NCBI GenBank assembly: GCA_050015075.1
Contig: JBEKCB010000016.1
Coordinates: 1-64,000, forward strand
Direction of reading: 5' to 3'
Length of the DNA stretch: 64,000 bases
Origin: Candidatus Brocadiia bacterium
GTDB taxonomy: Bacteria; Planctomycetota; Brocadiia; CAIUPP01
Shown: one piece after another, positions 56,874 through 64,000 of the stretch
Position numbering within the stretch: the first letter of the stretch is position 1
Layout: each line of letters starts with the position of its first letter
Translations under genes and position numbers: made by a program
Notes under the pieces: generated by a model
Database searches by the model: none
Seen by the model: the letters and a program-made list of their open reading frames with translations, nothing else
Told to the model about the DNA's origin: nothing

Positions 56874-58397
56874 TCAACTTCTGGGCTCGCTGATCCATCG
56901 CTGGAGGAGCCGCGCGGCCGCCTCCGGATCCTTGGCCATGACGTCCTTGACTCGGTTGCGCAACTGAACGTGACCGTCGCCGCCGGTTGCGCCGCCGTAG
57001 AATTCCGGCGCGATGAGGGCTTCTCTGCCGGTCTCAGGCGCGGAAGCGCCCGGCTTCGGGACGGAGCGCAGGATTTTGCGCAGCGACAGCCCGGCGAAGA
57101 CGACGAAAATGAGGGCCGCCAGCACGGGAACCGCCTGCTTGGCGACCTGGGCTATTTTCGCTGATCCTTTTTCCGGGGCCGGCGCGGCGGCATCGTCCGC
57201 CTTGGGCTCTTTGTGGAAGGCCATGGCGGTCAGTTGAAACGAGTCCTTGCGCGTGGCGCCGGTCTCTTCGAATCCCACGGCGCGCTTGACGACCATGCCC
57301 AGGTCCTCGATCTGCTGCGGGGTCAAAGCGGTGTCTTTTCCGTCCTTGTCGGTGGTGGACGGATCAATGATGACCGCGACGTCGAGGTGCTTGATCGTGC
57401 CGGCGGCCATCTGCGTGGTGCGGACGGTCTTGGGCACGTCGTAGTTGGTCTCGTTAGTTTCTTCGGACATTCCGCCGCCTGCCGCGGCCGCGGCGCCTTC
57501 GCCCGCCGCGGTGGAGGTCTTGGAGGTGGTCTTCTCCGTGCGCGCCACGCGGTTCGCGGCGTCAACCTGCTCTTTGGTCTCCGTGATGCGGTCCATGTCA
57601 ACGATCGCGCTGATCTTCACGACCGACTTGCCCGGCCCGAGGGCGCGGTCGAGCATGACCTGGGCCTTCTGGGCGAGCTGCTCTTCGCAGTTCCGGCGGA
57701 AGGCCTGCAGGTCCGCGGCCTCGGCGCTGTCCGCGTCGTTGTGGGGCGAGCTCAGTAGGTTGCCCTGCTCGTCAATGACCGTCACGTTTTTCAGGTCGAG
57801 TCCCTCGACGCTGGCGGCGACCAGCCGGGCGATGCCGCCGACCTGGATGGCGCTCAGCGACTGGCCCGGATGGAGTTTCAAGGTGATCGCCGCGGTGGTC
57901 TGGCGCTGGTCCTCGGCGAAGAGGCTCGCCTCGGCCTGGGCGATCTGGACATCCGCCCAGGCGATCTGTTCGATGTGCATGATCGTGCGGGCCAGTTCGC
58001 CCTGGATGGCGCGGCGCTTCATCATCTGCTCCGCGAGCGGGCTGGTGCCCCAGCCGGGCCCTTCCCAAAGCTCGAGCCCGACGCGGTTGCCCGTCATCAA
58101 GCCCTTGTTGGCGAGGGCGATGCGCAGGTCGTACTTCTGCCCTTCGGGGACCATCAGCGCCTTGCCGCCCGCCGTGATCTGGTAGGGCACCTTCGAGTCC
58201 TTCAGGTATCCGACGACCTGGGCCATGTCTTTCTCTTCCAGGTCGGAGTAGAGCAACTCGTAGGAAGGCTGCCGCGCGACGCAAACCAGCACCACCCCGC
58301 CCGCGATGACACCGAGGGCGACGAGGAGCAGGCTCACCTTCTGGTTGATCCCCAGCTTGTTCCAGATGGCCGTCACTTGCTTGATTAGGCTGCCCAT
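56874..58397 (-). CDS. fliF: MS-ring protein FliF
   Basis: Two TM helices; LYSDL, RAIQGELARTI, VAASVEGL...NVTVID and DPE.AARLLQRW. Confidence 0.95.
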   Translation of the reverse strand: MGSLIKQVTAIWNKLGINQKVSLLLVALGVIAGGVVLVCVARQPSYELLYSDLEEKDMAQVVGYLKDSKVPYQITAGGKALMVPEGQKYDLRIALANKGLMTGNRVGLELWEGPGWGTSPLAEQMMKRRAIQGELARTIMHIEQIAWADVQIAQAEASLFAEDQRQTTAAITLKLHPGQSLSAIQVGGIARLVAASVEGLDLKNVTVIDEQGNLLSSPHNDADSAEAADLQAFRRNCEEQLAQKAQVMLDRALGPGKSVVKISAIVDMDRITETKEQVDAANRVARTEKTTSKTSTAAGEGAAAAAGGGMSEETNETNYDVPKTVRTTQMAAGTIKHLDVAVIIDPSTTDKDGKDTALTPQQIEDLGMVVKRAVGFEETGATRKDSFQLTAMAFHKEPKADDAAAPAPEKGSAKIAQVAKQAVPVLAALIFVVFAGLSLRKILRSVPKPGASAPETGREALIAPEFYGGATGGDGHVQLRNRVKDVMAKDPEAAARLLQRWISEPRS

Positions 58398-58429
58398 GGG
58401 TTCTCTCTAAGCTAAAAGAAGCTGTCCGC

Positions 58430-58732
58430 TCAGATCGGCATCTGCATCACTTGCTTGTACGCGTCGAGCAGCCGGTTGCGGACTTCGAGCATGTAATTGA
58501 AGGAGACTTCGGCTTTGCCGAGGGCGATCATGACTTGATGGACGTTGTCGGTCTTGCCCGCGGCCAGTTGGGCGACCGCGTCGGCGGCCTGGTTCTGGGA
58601 CTGGTTGACATCCTGGAGCAGATTGCCGACGACCTGTCCGAAATCGCCGGCGCCGGAGGCGGCCGGTTTCAGAGGCTGGATCTGGGTCACGGCCTGTGCG
58701 GGCTGCAACGGCTGGATCGGGGCGAGCGACAT
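58430..58732 (-). CDS. fliE: FliE
   Basis: VHQVMIA..KA.....EVRNRLL.AY...MQM.I. Confidence 0.95.
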   Translation of the reverse strand: MSLAPIQPLQPAQAVTQIQPLKPAASGAGDFGQVVGNLLQDVNQSQNQAADAVAQLAAGKTDNVHQVMIALGKAEVSFNYMLEVRNRLLDAYKQVMQMPI

Positions 58733-58742
58733 GGCGTTCCTC

Positions 58743-59180
58743 CTACTGTCTCAGGATCGTGAGGGAACTGCGGATCATTTCGCGGTACGCCTTCATCGCG
58801 GAGAGGTTGGCTTCGTACTCGCGTTGCGCGGAGACCATATCCACCATTTCCTTGGTCACGTCCACGTCCGGCACCTGAACAAATCCCTTCTTGTCCGCCA
58901 TGGGGTGCTCCGGGTCGTAGATCGTTTTCGGCGGCGCCTTGCTGACCGTGACGGAGGCCACGGACACGCCGCCGAGGTTCTCGCCGGGCATGCCATCCGC
59001 CGCGGCGTTCTTGAGGACGGTGGAGAACGTCACCTCGCGGCGGCGATACGGTCCGCCTTCGGGGGTGACGAGGCTGTTGGCGTTGGCGATGTTGCTCGCG
59101 ATGACATTCATGCGCATCCGCTGCGCGCTCAGGCCGGAGGCGCTGATGTCCAGGGCCCCCATCGGATCATTATCTGGCAT
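58743..59180 (-). CDS. flgC: Proximal rod protein FlgC
   Basis: SASGL.AQR.RM..IASNIANA, GPYRR, YDPEHP.AD and EMVDM.SAQR.YEAN motifs. Confidence 0.96.
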   Translation of the reverse strand: MPDNDPMGALDISASGLSAQRMRMNVIASNIANANSLVTPEGGPYRRREVTFSTVLKNAAADGMPGENLGGVSVASVTVSKAPPKTIYDPEHPMADKKGFVQVPDVDVTKEMVDMVSAQREYEANLSAMKAYREMIRSSLTILRQ

Positions 59181-59201
59181 CGCTATCTCCCTTATTCGGC
59201 T

Positions 59202-59537
59202 TTACTTGGAGGTCACGGCCGTGCGCAGCATCCGAAGGCGATAAGCTGCAATTTCGGCGAAAGCGTTGAAGTTGAGTTCGTTCTTCGCGCCGCCGGCGGC
59301 TTCCACCTCGGTGTCCACGCCGGGCTGCCGGGCCTTTTCGACATGCAACTGGACATTTCGGATTTTTTGGGGGTCGCCGCTCTCGATCGCCTCCCGGAGT
59401 TCCGCGCTGAAACTGACGTGCAGCTTGTGGTAATCCTTGACCCCGGCGTTGGCGGTGTTGTGGGCGGTGATTCTCTGCTGCGCCGCGTAAAGGTCCATCA
59501 TTTTTTCGGGAATCGCGAGATCATTGTCGCCAATCAT
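59202..59537 (-). CDS. flgB: Divergent proximal rod protein FlgB
   Basis: Lies before flgC; Q.I.AHNTANA...Y...VSF, VD.E.E and N.L.F motifs. Confidence 0.82.
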   Translation of the reverse strand: MIGDNDLAIPEKMMDLYAAQQRITAHNTANAGVKDYHKLHVSFSAELREAIESGDPQKIRNVQLHVEKARQPGVDTEVEAAGGAKNELNFNAFAEIAAYRLRMLRTAVTSK

Positions 59538-59655
59538 CGAATTCCACTCCTTTTTTCACGCGCGGCCTGTGCGAAACGGTCGGTTGATGAAAAAATCCTC
59601 AAAACGTTGACTTCCTCAACAGATTTGGCTGGTCTCAGGTGCACGTTCATGAAAA

Positions 59656-59671
59656 CGCAAAACGCGTGCCG
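59656..59671 (-). promoter_or_regulatory. sigma54 promoter of the flgB operon
   Basis: CGGCACGCGTTTTGCG (GG-N10-GC) on the minus strand, about 120 nt before flgB. Confidence 0.7.
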
Positions 59672-59738
59672 GAACTACAGACTGCGGAGTGCAGAGTGCC
59701 AGGGAGTGCGGAGTACGGCGGCCTTCGTGCGGCGTCTT

Positions 59739-60446
59739 CTACTTCGTGCTCTGGCCCCAGAGGATCCACCATTTGATTTCGCCCGCCCACCACGTGGCTT
59801 CGTCGGTCCAGGGACTGGTCGGCGAGGCCGTCATCAGCGCTTCGTAGGCCGCGCCGGCGGCCTGAAGATCGTTGCTGTGCCGGGCGCAGTTCCCAACCTG
59901 AAACCGTGACCACGCCAGGATGTCCGCCTTGGGCTTGGACTCGATGATCCGCTGGTACGCGGCCCGCGCCAGGTCGTATTTGCCCATCGCGTAAAGGGCG
60001 TTTGCGTATTCCTCTTCCAGGCCTTTGGCCGGCTCTTTCGGGACTTCTTTCGGATCCGGCGCCGGTTTCACCACCGGGACTTTGACTACGGGAGCCGCCG
60101 CCGAGGGAAGCGGCAGGGATTCCACGGCCTTGAGCTCCGCTTCCATTTTCTGCAGCTTGGAGGTCTCTTGCTCGAGATCTTTCTCCAGTGCGTCGCCCGG
60201 GACCGGCTGTTCGGCGCGCGCGGGGGCCGGGGCCGGAGCAACTTCGAGCGGCTTCGGAGCTTGGGCGGCCGCCGGCGCGGCGGGCGCGGATTCCACCGCC
60301 TTGGCGGGCTGAGGTTGAGCCGCCTGGATTGCGGCGGGCGGATCTTTCGCCGCTTCGTCGGCGCGAACGGGCCACGCAGCGATCAGGCAGACGGCCGCCG
60401 CCGTTCCCAGACGCATCAATCGGGTCAACGATTTCATGGGTCTCAT
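59739..60446 (-). CDS. Exported Pro/Ala-rich protein with a C-terminal TPR
   Basis: Signal peptide (VRA); ANALYAMGKYDLA and YEAL....P.SPW; ATGA-coupled. Confidence 0.75.
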   Translation of the reverse strand: MRPMKSLTRLMRLGTAAAVCLIAAWPVRADEAAKDPPAAIQAAQPQPAKAVESAPAAPAAAQAPKPLEVAPAPAPARAEQPVPGDALEKDLEQETSKLQKMEAELKAVESLPLPSAAAPVVKVPVVKPAPDPKEVPKEPAKGLEEEYANALYAMGKYDLARAAYQRIIESKPKADILAWSRFQVGNCARHSNDLQAAGAAYEALMTASPTSPWTDEATWWAGEIKWWILWGQSTK

Positions 60447-62293
60447 TCAGTCTTCCCTCCGTAAGCCATGGCGGCGCGAACGGGTTCTTTCATCAGGCTG
60501 CGGCAGTCGCCGACCAGGCGGCAGGCTTGCGCGCGGGTCTCGTCGTCCTTCGCCATGGCGGCGACCGCCGTGGCCTTCTCCAGCGCGGGTTCCACGAGGC
60601 CGGAGCCGAAAGCGGCCTGGGCGGCCAGGAGCAGCACCTGCGGATCCGCGTCGTACTTGTACGGCCAGCGCGGTTCAGCCATCAGCGCGAGCACGCGCTC
60701 GTACTGGCCGTTCTGGAGATAATTCCGGGCCAGGCTGATGAGGATGGGCTCCATCTCGGCGGGCGCGGGCGAGGAGGCCGGCATCAGCTTCAACACGTCC
60801 TCGGCCCTGACGTAGAGCCCCATTTGAAGATACGCCTGGGCCATCCGGACCGGCGCCAGCCGCAACATCGTCCCTTCCGGGAACCGGCTCACGGCGCCGC
60901 GATAGACCTCCAGCGCCGCGACGGTATTCCCTTCCGCCAACTGCGAATCGCCCAGCGCATAGAGCGCGCGCTCGGCCAGGGCTGCGTCGGCCGATTTCTC
61001 GTAGACCTCCTTGAGCCGCACGCGCGCGGGACCGAACTGCTTGAGCTTCATCTGGCAATCGGCCATGGCCAGGTTGAGCTCGTCCCGCCGCGGGAACGAA
61101 GCGTAATTCTGCTCGATGATTTCGAGTTGGGCCACCGCCTGGTCGTAGTGCTCCTGCTGCTCCAGGCACTCCGCCAGCCGCATCCGCGCGAAGGGGGCCG
61201 AGTCGCTCTTCGGCCATTGCCGGATGGTCTCCTCGAGCACCGGCATCGCCTCGTCGGACTTGTGCTCCTTGATCCAGGTCTCGGCGATCATCACCATGAC
61301 CGCCGGCGCCTGCTCCGCGCCGGGGAAGAGGTCGGCATAACGATAGTAGGTCTTGCGCGCCGTCTCGTATTCCCGCAGCGCCTCGTAGCAATTCCCGATC
61401 AGCAGCAACGCGGATTCGACCACGTTCGCGGCGCCGTTCACGGAGTCGCGCGGCGCCGGGCCGTCCGCGGAGGAAGTCTTCTGCCAGCGGTCCAGAATAT
61501 TCTGCGCCGTCTGGATGGCGGCCGTGGGAAAGTTATTGGCGGCATAATGCCGCGCGATGCCCAGGTACGCGGCCGGCGCCTCGGCGCTCGCCGGGTACTT
61601 GAAGAGCGCCTGTTGATACGCCTCCACGGCCAGTTCCCGCAGGCGCTTCTCGACAGGCCGGTCGCTCAGTGCGGTCAGCGGCGCGACCACGATTCCATCG
61701 CCGTCGGTCATCGCGTCCAGCGACTGCGTCCCCGCGGCGATCCGCAGCAACTCCGACATTTCCACGCCGTTCAGGTCCATCCACAGCCGGTTCAGCAGGC
61801 GCTCCTGCGGGACCTGGCGCGTCTCCAGCGGAAGCCCGGAGGTCTTCGACACGGCTTCGAGAACCTGCAGCAGGGAAACGTTCCGCGCTGAAATCGTGTA
61901 AATCAGGCCGTTATCCGCCTCGACGCGCTCGACGCGAAGGTTCTCCGACACCACCGAAGCCGGCACGTTGGCCAGCGACCGCTCGCGCGGAGCGGCGTCG
62001 GTGCCGTCGCGGGAGAGGTCCTGCCGCCGCTGCATACCTTCCTTCAAGTATTTCTCCATCTGGTGCAACTGCTGCTTCAACTGCTCCAGCCGGCCGGTCT
62101 CCACCTCCAATTGCACGTTGAGGTCCGCAGGGCCGCTGTCGGGCGCCGCGGCGCCGCCGGGTTTTTCGTCCGCGGCCGAGGCTGCGGCGCCGAAGGCGCT
62201 GAATGCAGCGACGATCAAAAGGCAGAATGCGAAATGCGGCGCGCGGAATACCAGTGGGCGAATTCCGGGCGTTCTTCGGGAGAACATGGTCAT
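60443..62293 (-). CDS. Exported multi-TPR protein with an STN (secretin/TonB N-terminal)-like domain
   Basis: Signal peptide; coiled coil; TISARNVSLLQVLEAVSKTSG...L.GV....LL...A; then many TPRs with YP.S/FP.. caps. Confidence 0.78.
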   Translation of the reverse strand: MTMFSRRTPGIRPLVFRAPHFAFCLLIVAAFSAFGAAASAADEKPGGAAAPDSGPADLNVQLEVETGRLEQLKQQLHQMEKYLKEGMQRRQDLSRDGTDAAPRERSLANVPASVVSENLRVERVEADNGLIYTISARNVSLLQVLEAVSKTSGLPLETRQVPQERLLNRLWMDLNGVEMSELLRIAAGTQSLDAMTDGDGIVVAPLTALSDRPVEKRLRELAVEAYQQALFKYPASAEAPAAYLGIARHYAANNFPTAAIQTAQNILDRWQKTSSADGPAPRDSVNGAANVVESALLLIGNCYEALREYETARKTYYRYADLFPGAEQAPAVMVMIAETWIKEHKSDEAMPVLEETIRQWPKSDSAPFARMRLAECLEQQEHYDQAVAQLEIIEQNYASFPRRDELNLAMADCQMKLKQFGPARVRLKEVYEKSADAALAERALYALGDSQLAEGNTVAALEVYRGAVSRFPEGTMLRLAPVRMAQAYLQMGLYVRAEDVLKLMPASSPAPAEMEPILISLARNYLQNGQYERVLALMAEPRWPYKYDADPQVLLLAAQAAFGSGLVEPALEKATAVAAMAKDDETRAQACRLVGDCRSLMKEPVRAAMAYGGKTE

Positions 62294-63201
62294 TTCCCTT
62301 CAGTCCTAGTGCTTGCGTTATGCAGCGGTGTTTCACTTCCGGCCTTCGCAGGCGAAGCAACCGGGTCGGCGGACCGGCCGTTGGGCGGCGTCGGAAGGGA
62401 CGGGTGAAGCGGCGCATCCAGCGACTCCGCTTCGGCCTCGTAGCATCGCGCCACGAAGAAATAGGCCCGCTCCACGCCGGGCTTATCCGCCGGGCTCAAG
62501 CGGTCCCGCGCGGCCATCAGCTCGTAAAGCACGCGGCGCGCCTGGGCGTAGCTCTTTTTCTGGAAAAGCAACTGCGCCGTTTCCATCGCCGCCGACGCAA
62601 AATAAGGGCTGCCGGGGAAACTGGTCTCGACAGTTTGGAATTCGGCCAGCGCGCCGTCGAACTTGCCGGTCTTCAGCAGGGACTGCGCGTAACGATAATG
62701 CGTTTCGTCGGTGAATGACCCGACCAGGTCCATTTCCATCGCCGTGCGGAACGAAGTCGCGGCTTCCTGGAATTGTCCCTCGCGATAGCGCAGGTTCGCC
62801 GCGTCGAGAAGGCCGGAACTCTCGGGCGCCGGGCGTGGCGAGCGATCTCCGGCGGCGGAAGTGCTCGCGCCGCGCGCTTCGGAAGTCGCGATCTGCCGTT
62901 CCATCCGCCCGAGCGACTGCCGCAAATCCTCGAAAGCGGCTCTCTGCTCTCCGCGAGAGGCGGACCGGGATGACCAGTACAGCGCAAGGCTCGCCGAGGC
63001 CGCTGCGATCGCCAGGATCAGGAGCGCTGCGGCGGCGAACAGAAGCCGCCATGAGCCAATGGCGAGCATAAGCCGCCACGAGCCTGGAACCGTGGCGCTG
63101 CCGCCTGCCGGGGTTTCAGGCTCTCCGCCCGCTTCATCTTTCTCCGCGGCTTCGCGGCTTGGCGGAAGAACTTCGGATTCGTTTTCAGATTTCTCGCCCA
63201 T
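62290..63201 (-). CDS. Membrane-anchored coiled-coil TPR protein (CpoB/BamD-like repeats)
   Basis: One TM helix; GQFQEA, GKFDGA and FPGSPY motifs; AGAGG RBS; ATGA-coupled. Confidence 0.78.
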   Translation of the reverse strand: MGEKSENESEVLPPSREAAEKDEAGGEPETPAGGSATVPGSWRLMLAIGSWRLLFAAAALLILAIAAASASLALYWSSRSASRGEQRAAFEDLRQSLGRMERQIATSEARGASTSAAGDRSPRPAPESSGLLDAANLRYREGQFQEAATSFRTAMEMDLVGSFTDETHYRYAQSLLKTGKFDGALAEFQTVETSFPGSPYFASAAMETAQLLFQKKSYAQARRVLYELMAARDRLSPADKPGVERAYFFVARCYEAEAESLDAPLHPSLPTPPNGRSADPVASPAKAGSETPLHNASTRTEGK

Positions 63202-63320
63202 ATGGCCTCTCTTTGCGTTCTTCGTGTCTTTCCGTCGGCACTCCCAACGTCGAGAAATTCATCAACCCGTCGAAAATCTGCGCGTCGGATACCGGGCATT
63301 CGCGATTGCCGGGACACTTA

Positions 63321-63336
63321 AGCAAAACGCATGCCC
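63321..63336 (-). promoter_or_regulatory. sigma54 promoter of the TPR operon
   Basis: GGGCATGCGTTTTGCT (GG-N10-GC) on the minus strand, 120 nt before ATG 63201. Confidence 0.65.
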
Positions 63337-63442
63337 TTCACTGCGCGCCCATCGCCGGGACGCCGACTCACCAAGAGAACATTGTGGCTGCGCTCGCAGA
63401 TTGCCCTTGCTTGCGCCGGGCTGTCCCGGCGTCAAAACGTTA

Positions 63443-63458
63443 CGGCACAGGTTTTGCG
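63443..63458 (+). promoter_or_regulatory. Divergent sigma54 promoter of the lipoprotein gene
   Basis: CGGCACAGGTTTTGCG (GG-N10-GC). Confidence 0.65.
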
Positions 63459-63514
63459 AGACTGGCGGCTGCCTCGAAATCTTTTCCGCTCCATATGAGA
63501 CAGGAGATGACCGG

Positions 63515-64000
63515 ATGCAGATAGCGATGCGAACCTGCATAAGCGCCGCGATTTCCTTGACTGTGTTGCTGTTTTCCGGCTGCGCGGAGTTAATGCCGGC
63601 CCCGGTGAGCACCGCCAAGCTCGAAGAGCCCGTCGTCCAGCCGGAGCCGTGCGTCTCCACCGAGACGACTTCGCTGCAGCGTTACCAGGAACTGAGCCAG
63701 TCGTACGAAGCGGAGAAGACACGGTCCGCCGGGCTCGCCGCCGAGTTGGCCGAGCAGAAGACCGCCCGGCAGAAGGCCGAGACGGAAAACGAGGGTCTGC
63801 GCCACCAGGTAGAGTCCCTCACCGCGAAAGCCGCTGAGCTGGACCTGCTTAAAACAAAATTCGATGAAGTGCAGAAGACCGGCTTCGAGGTGGAGAACTC
63901 GCTCCGCGACGTCAAGCGGCAGCTCCTCGAAGAGCGCCTCGCCGGCGTCAAACGCGAAGAAACGATTGTGGCGTTGAAGATCGAGCGCGCCAAGGACTTG
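63515..64000 (+). CDS. Coiled-coil lipoprotein, truncated by the window edge
   Basis: AGGAG RBS; MQIAMRTCISAAISLTVLLFSG|C lipobox; heptad helix; open to the end of the window. Confidence 0.8.
   Translation, partial: MQIAMRTCISAAISLTVLLFSGCAELMPAPVSTAKLEEPVVQPEPCVSTETTSLQRYQELSQSYEAEKTRSAGLAAELAEQKTARQKAETENEGLRHQVESLTAKAAELDLLKTKFDEVQKTGFEVENSLRDVKRQLLEERLAGVKREETIVALKIERAKDL

Noticed and set aside
42165-59537. Classical injectisome (non-flagellar T3SS)
   Set aside because: It has MotA/B, FliL, FliE, FlgB/C, FliO and FliA, and no needle, SctD or secretin barrel.
59691-59702. Second sigma54 site (TGGCAC on the minus strand)
   Set aside because: No GC at the -12 spacing; it is part of a heptamer repeat.
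38522-61891. Long plus-strand ORFs (for example 38522..40615, 42255..44375, 60188..61891) and similar shadow ORFs elsewhere
   Set aside because: Antisense shadows of well-supported genes in high-GC DNA; no recognisable motifs.

Overview
High-GC bacterial chromosome segment, probably from Planctomycetota/PVC (an inference from the DUF1559-like prepilin, the zinc-ribbon membrane protein and the repeat families). From left to right it holds: a tandem pair of standalone NRPS-like genes; an ECF sigma/anti-sigma module flanked by two LTxxQ (Spy/CpxP-like) proteins; ribH-nusB-PHP-ftsY; a Family 1 encapsulin with ferritin-like cargo, behind a structured leader; CHASE2-GAF-HD-GYP convergent with a prepilin-FecR fusion; a bioBF(H)CDA operon; HDOD-GGDEF and EAL-HDOD genes; a G1 glutamic peptidase; an RhaA-aldolase fusion; a repeat-rich, lower-GC islet ending at a degenerate 3' tRNA(CAT) fragment; a B12 radical SAM gene; and PAS-GGDEF and REC-GAF-GAF-HD-GYP genes. 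The right end is a ~22 kb minus-strand flagellar-type cluster and is the best candidate for an undescribed system. It has the export gate, ATPase, MS/C rings, proximal rod and stator. It lacks fliK-flgD-flgE, flhF/flhG and distal rod/ring/filament genes at their usual positions. It also has two MotB paralogs (one without the ion-binding Asp), a FliM without the CheY-binding motif, a divergent FlgB, and a sigma54-linked TPR/STN module. Its FliA has an altered -10 recognition residue, which matches a variant sigma28-like motif found in front of all three c-di-GMP phosphodiesterase genes. The missing flagellar genes could lie elsewhere in the genome, and this window cannot settle that. All calls are by eye from motifs; no searches were run.
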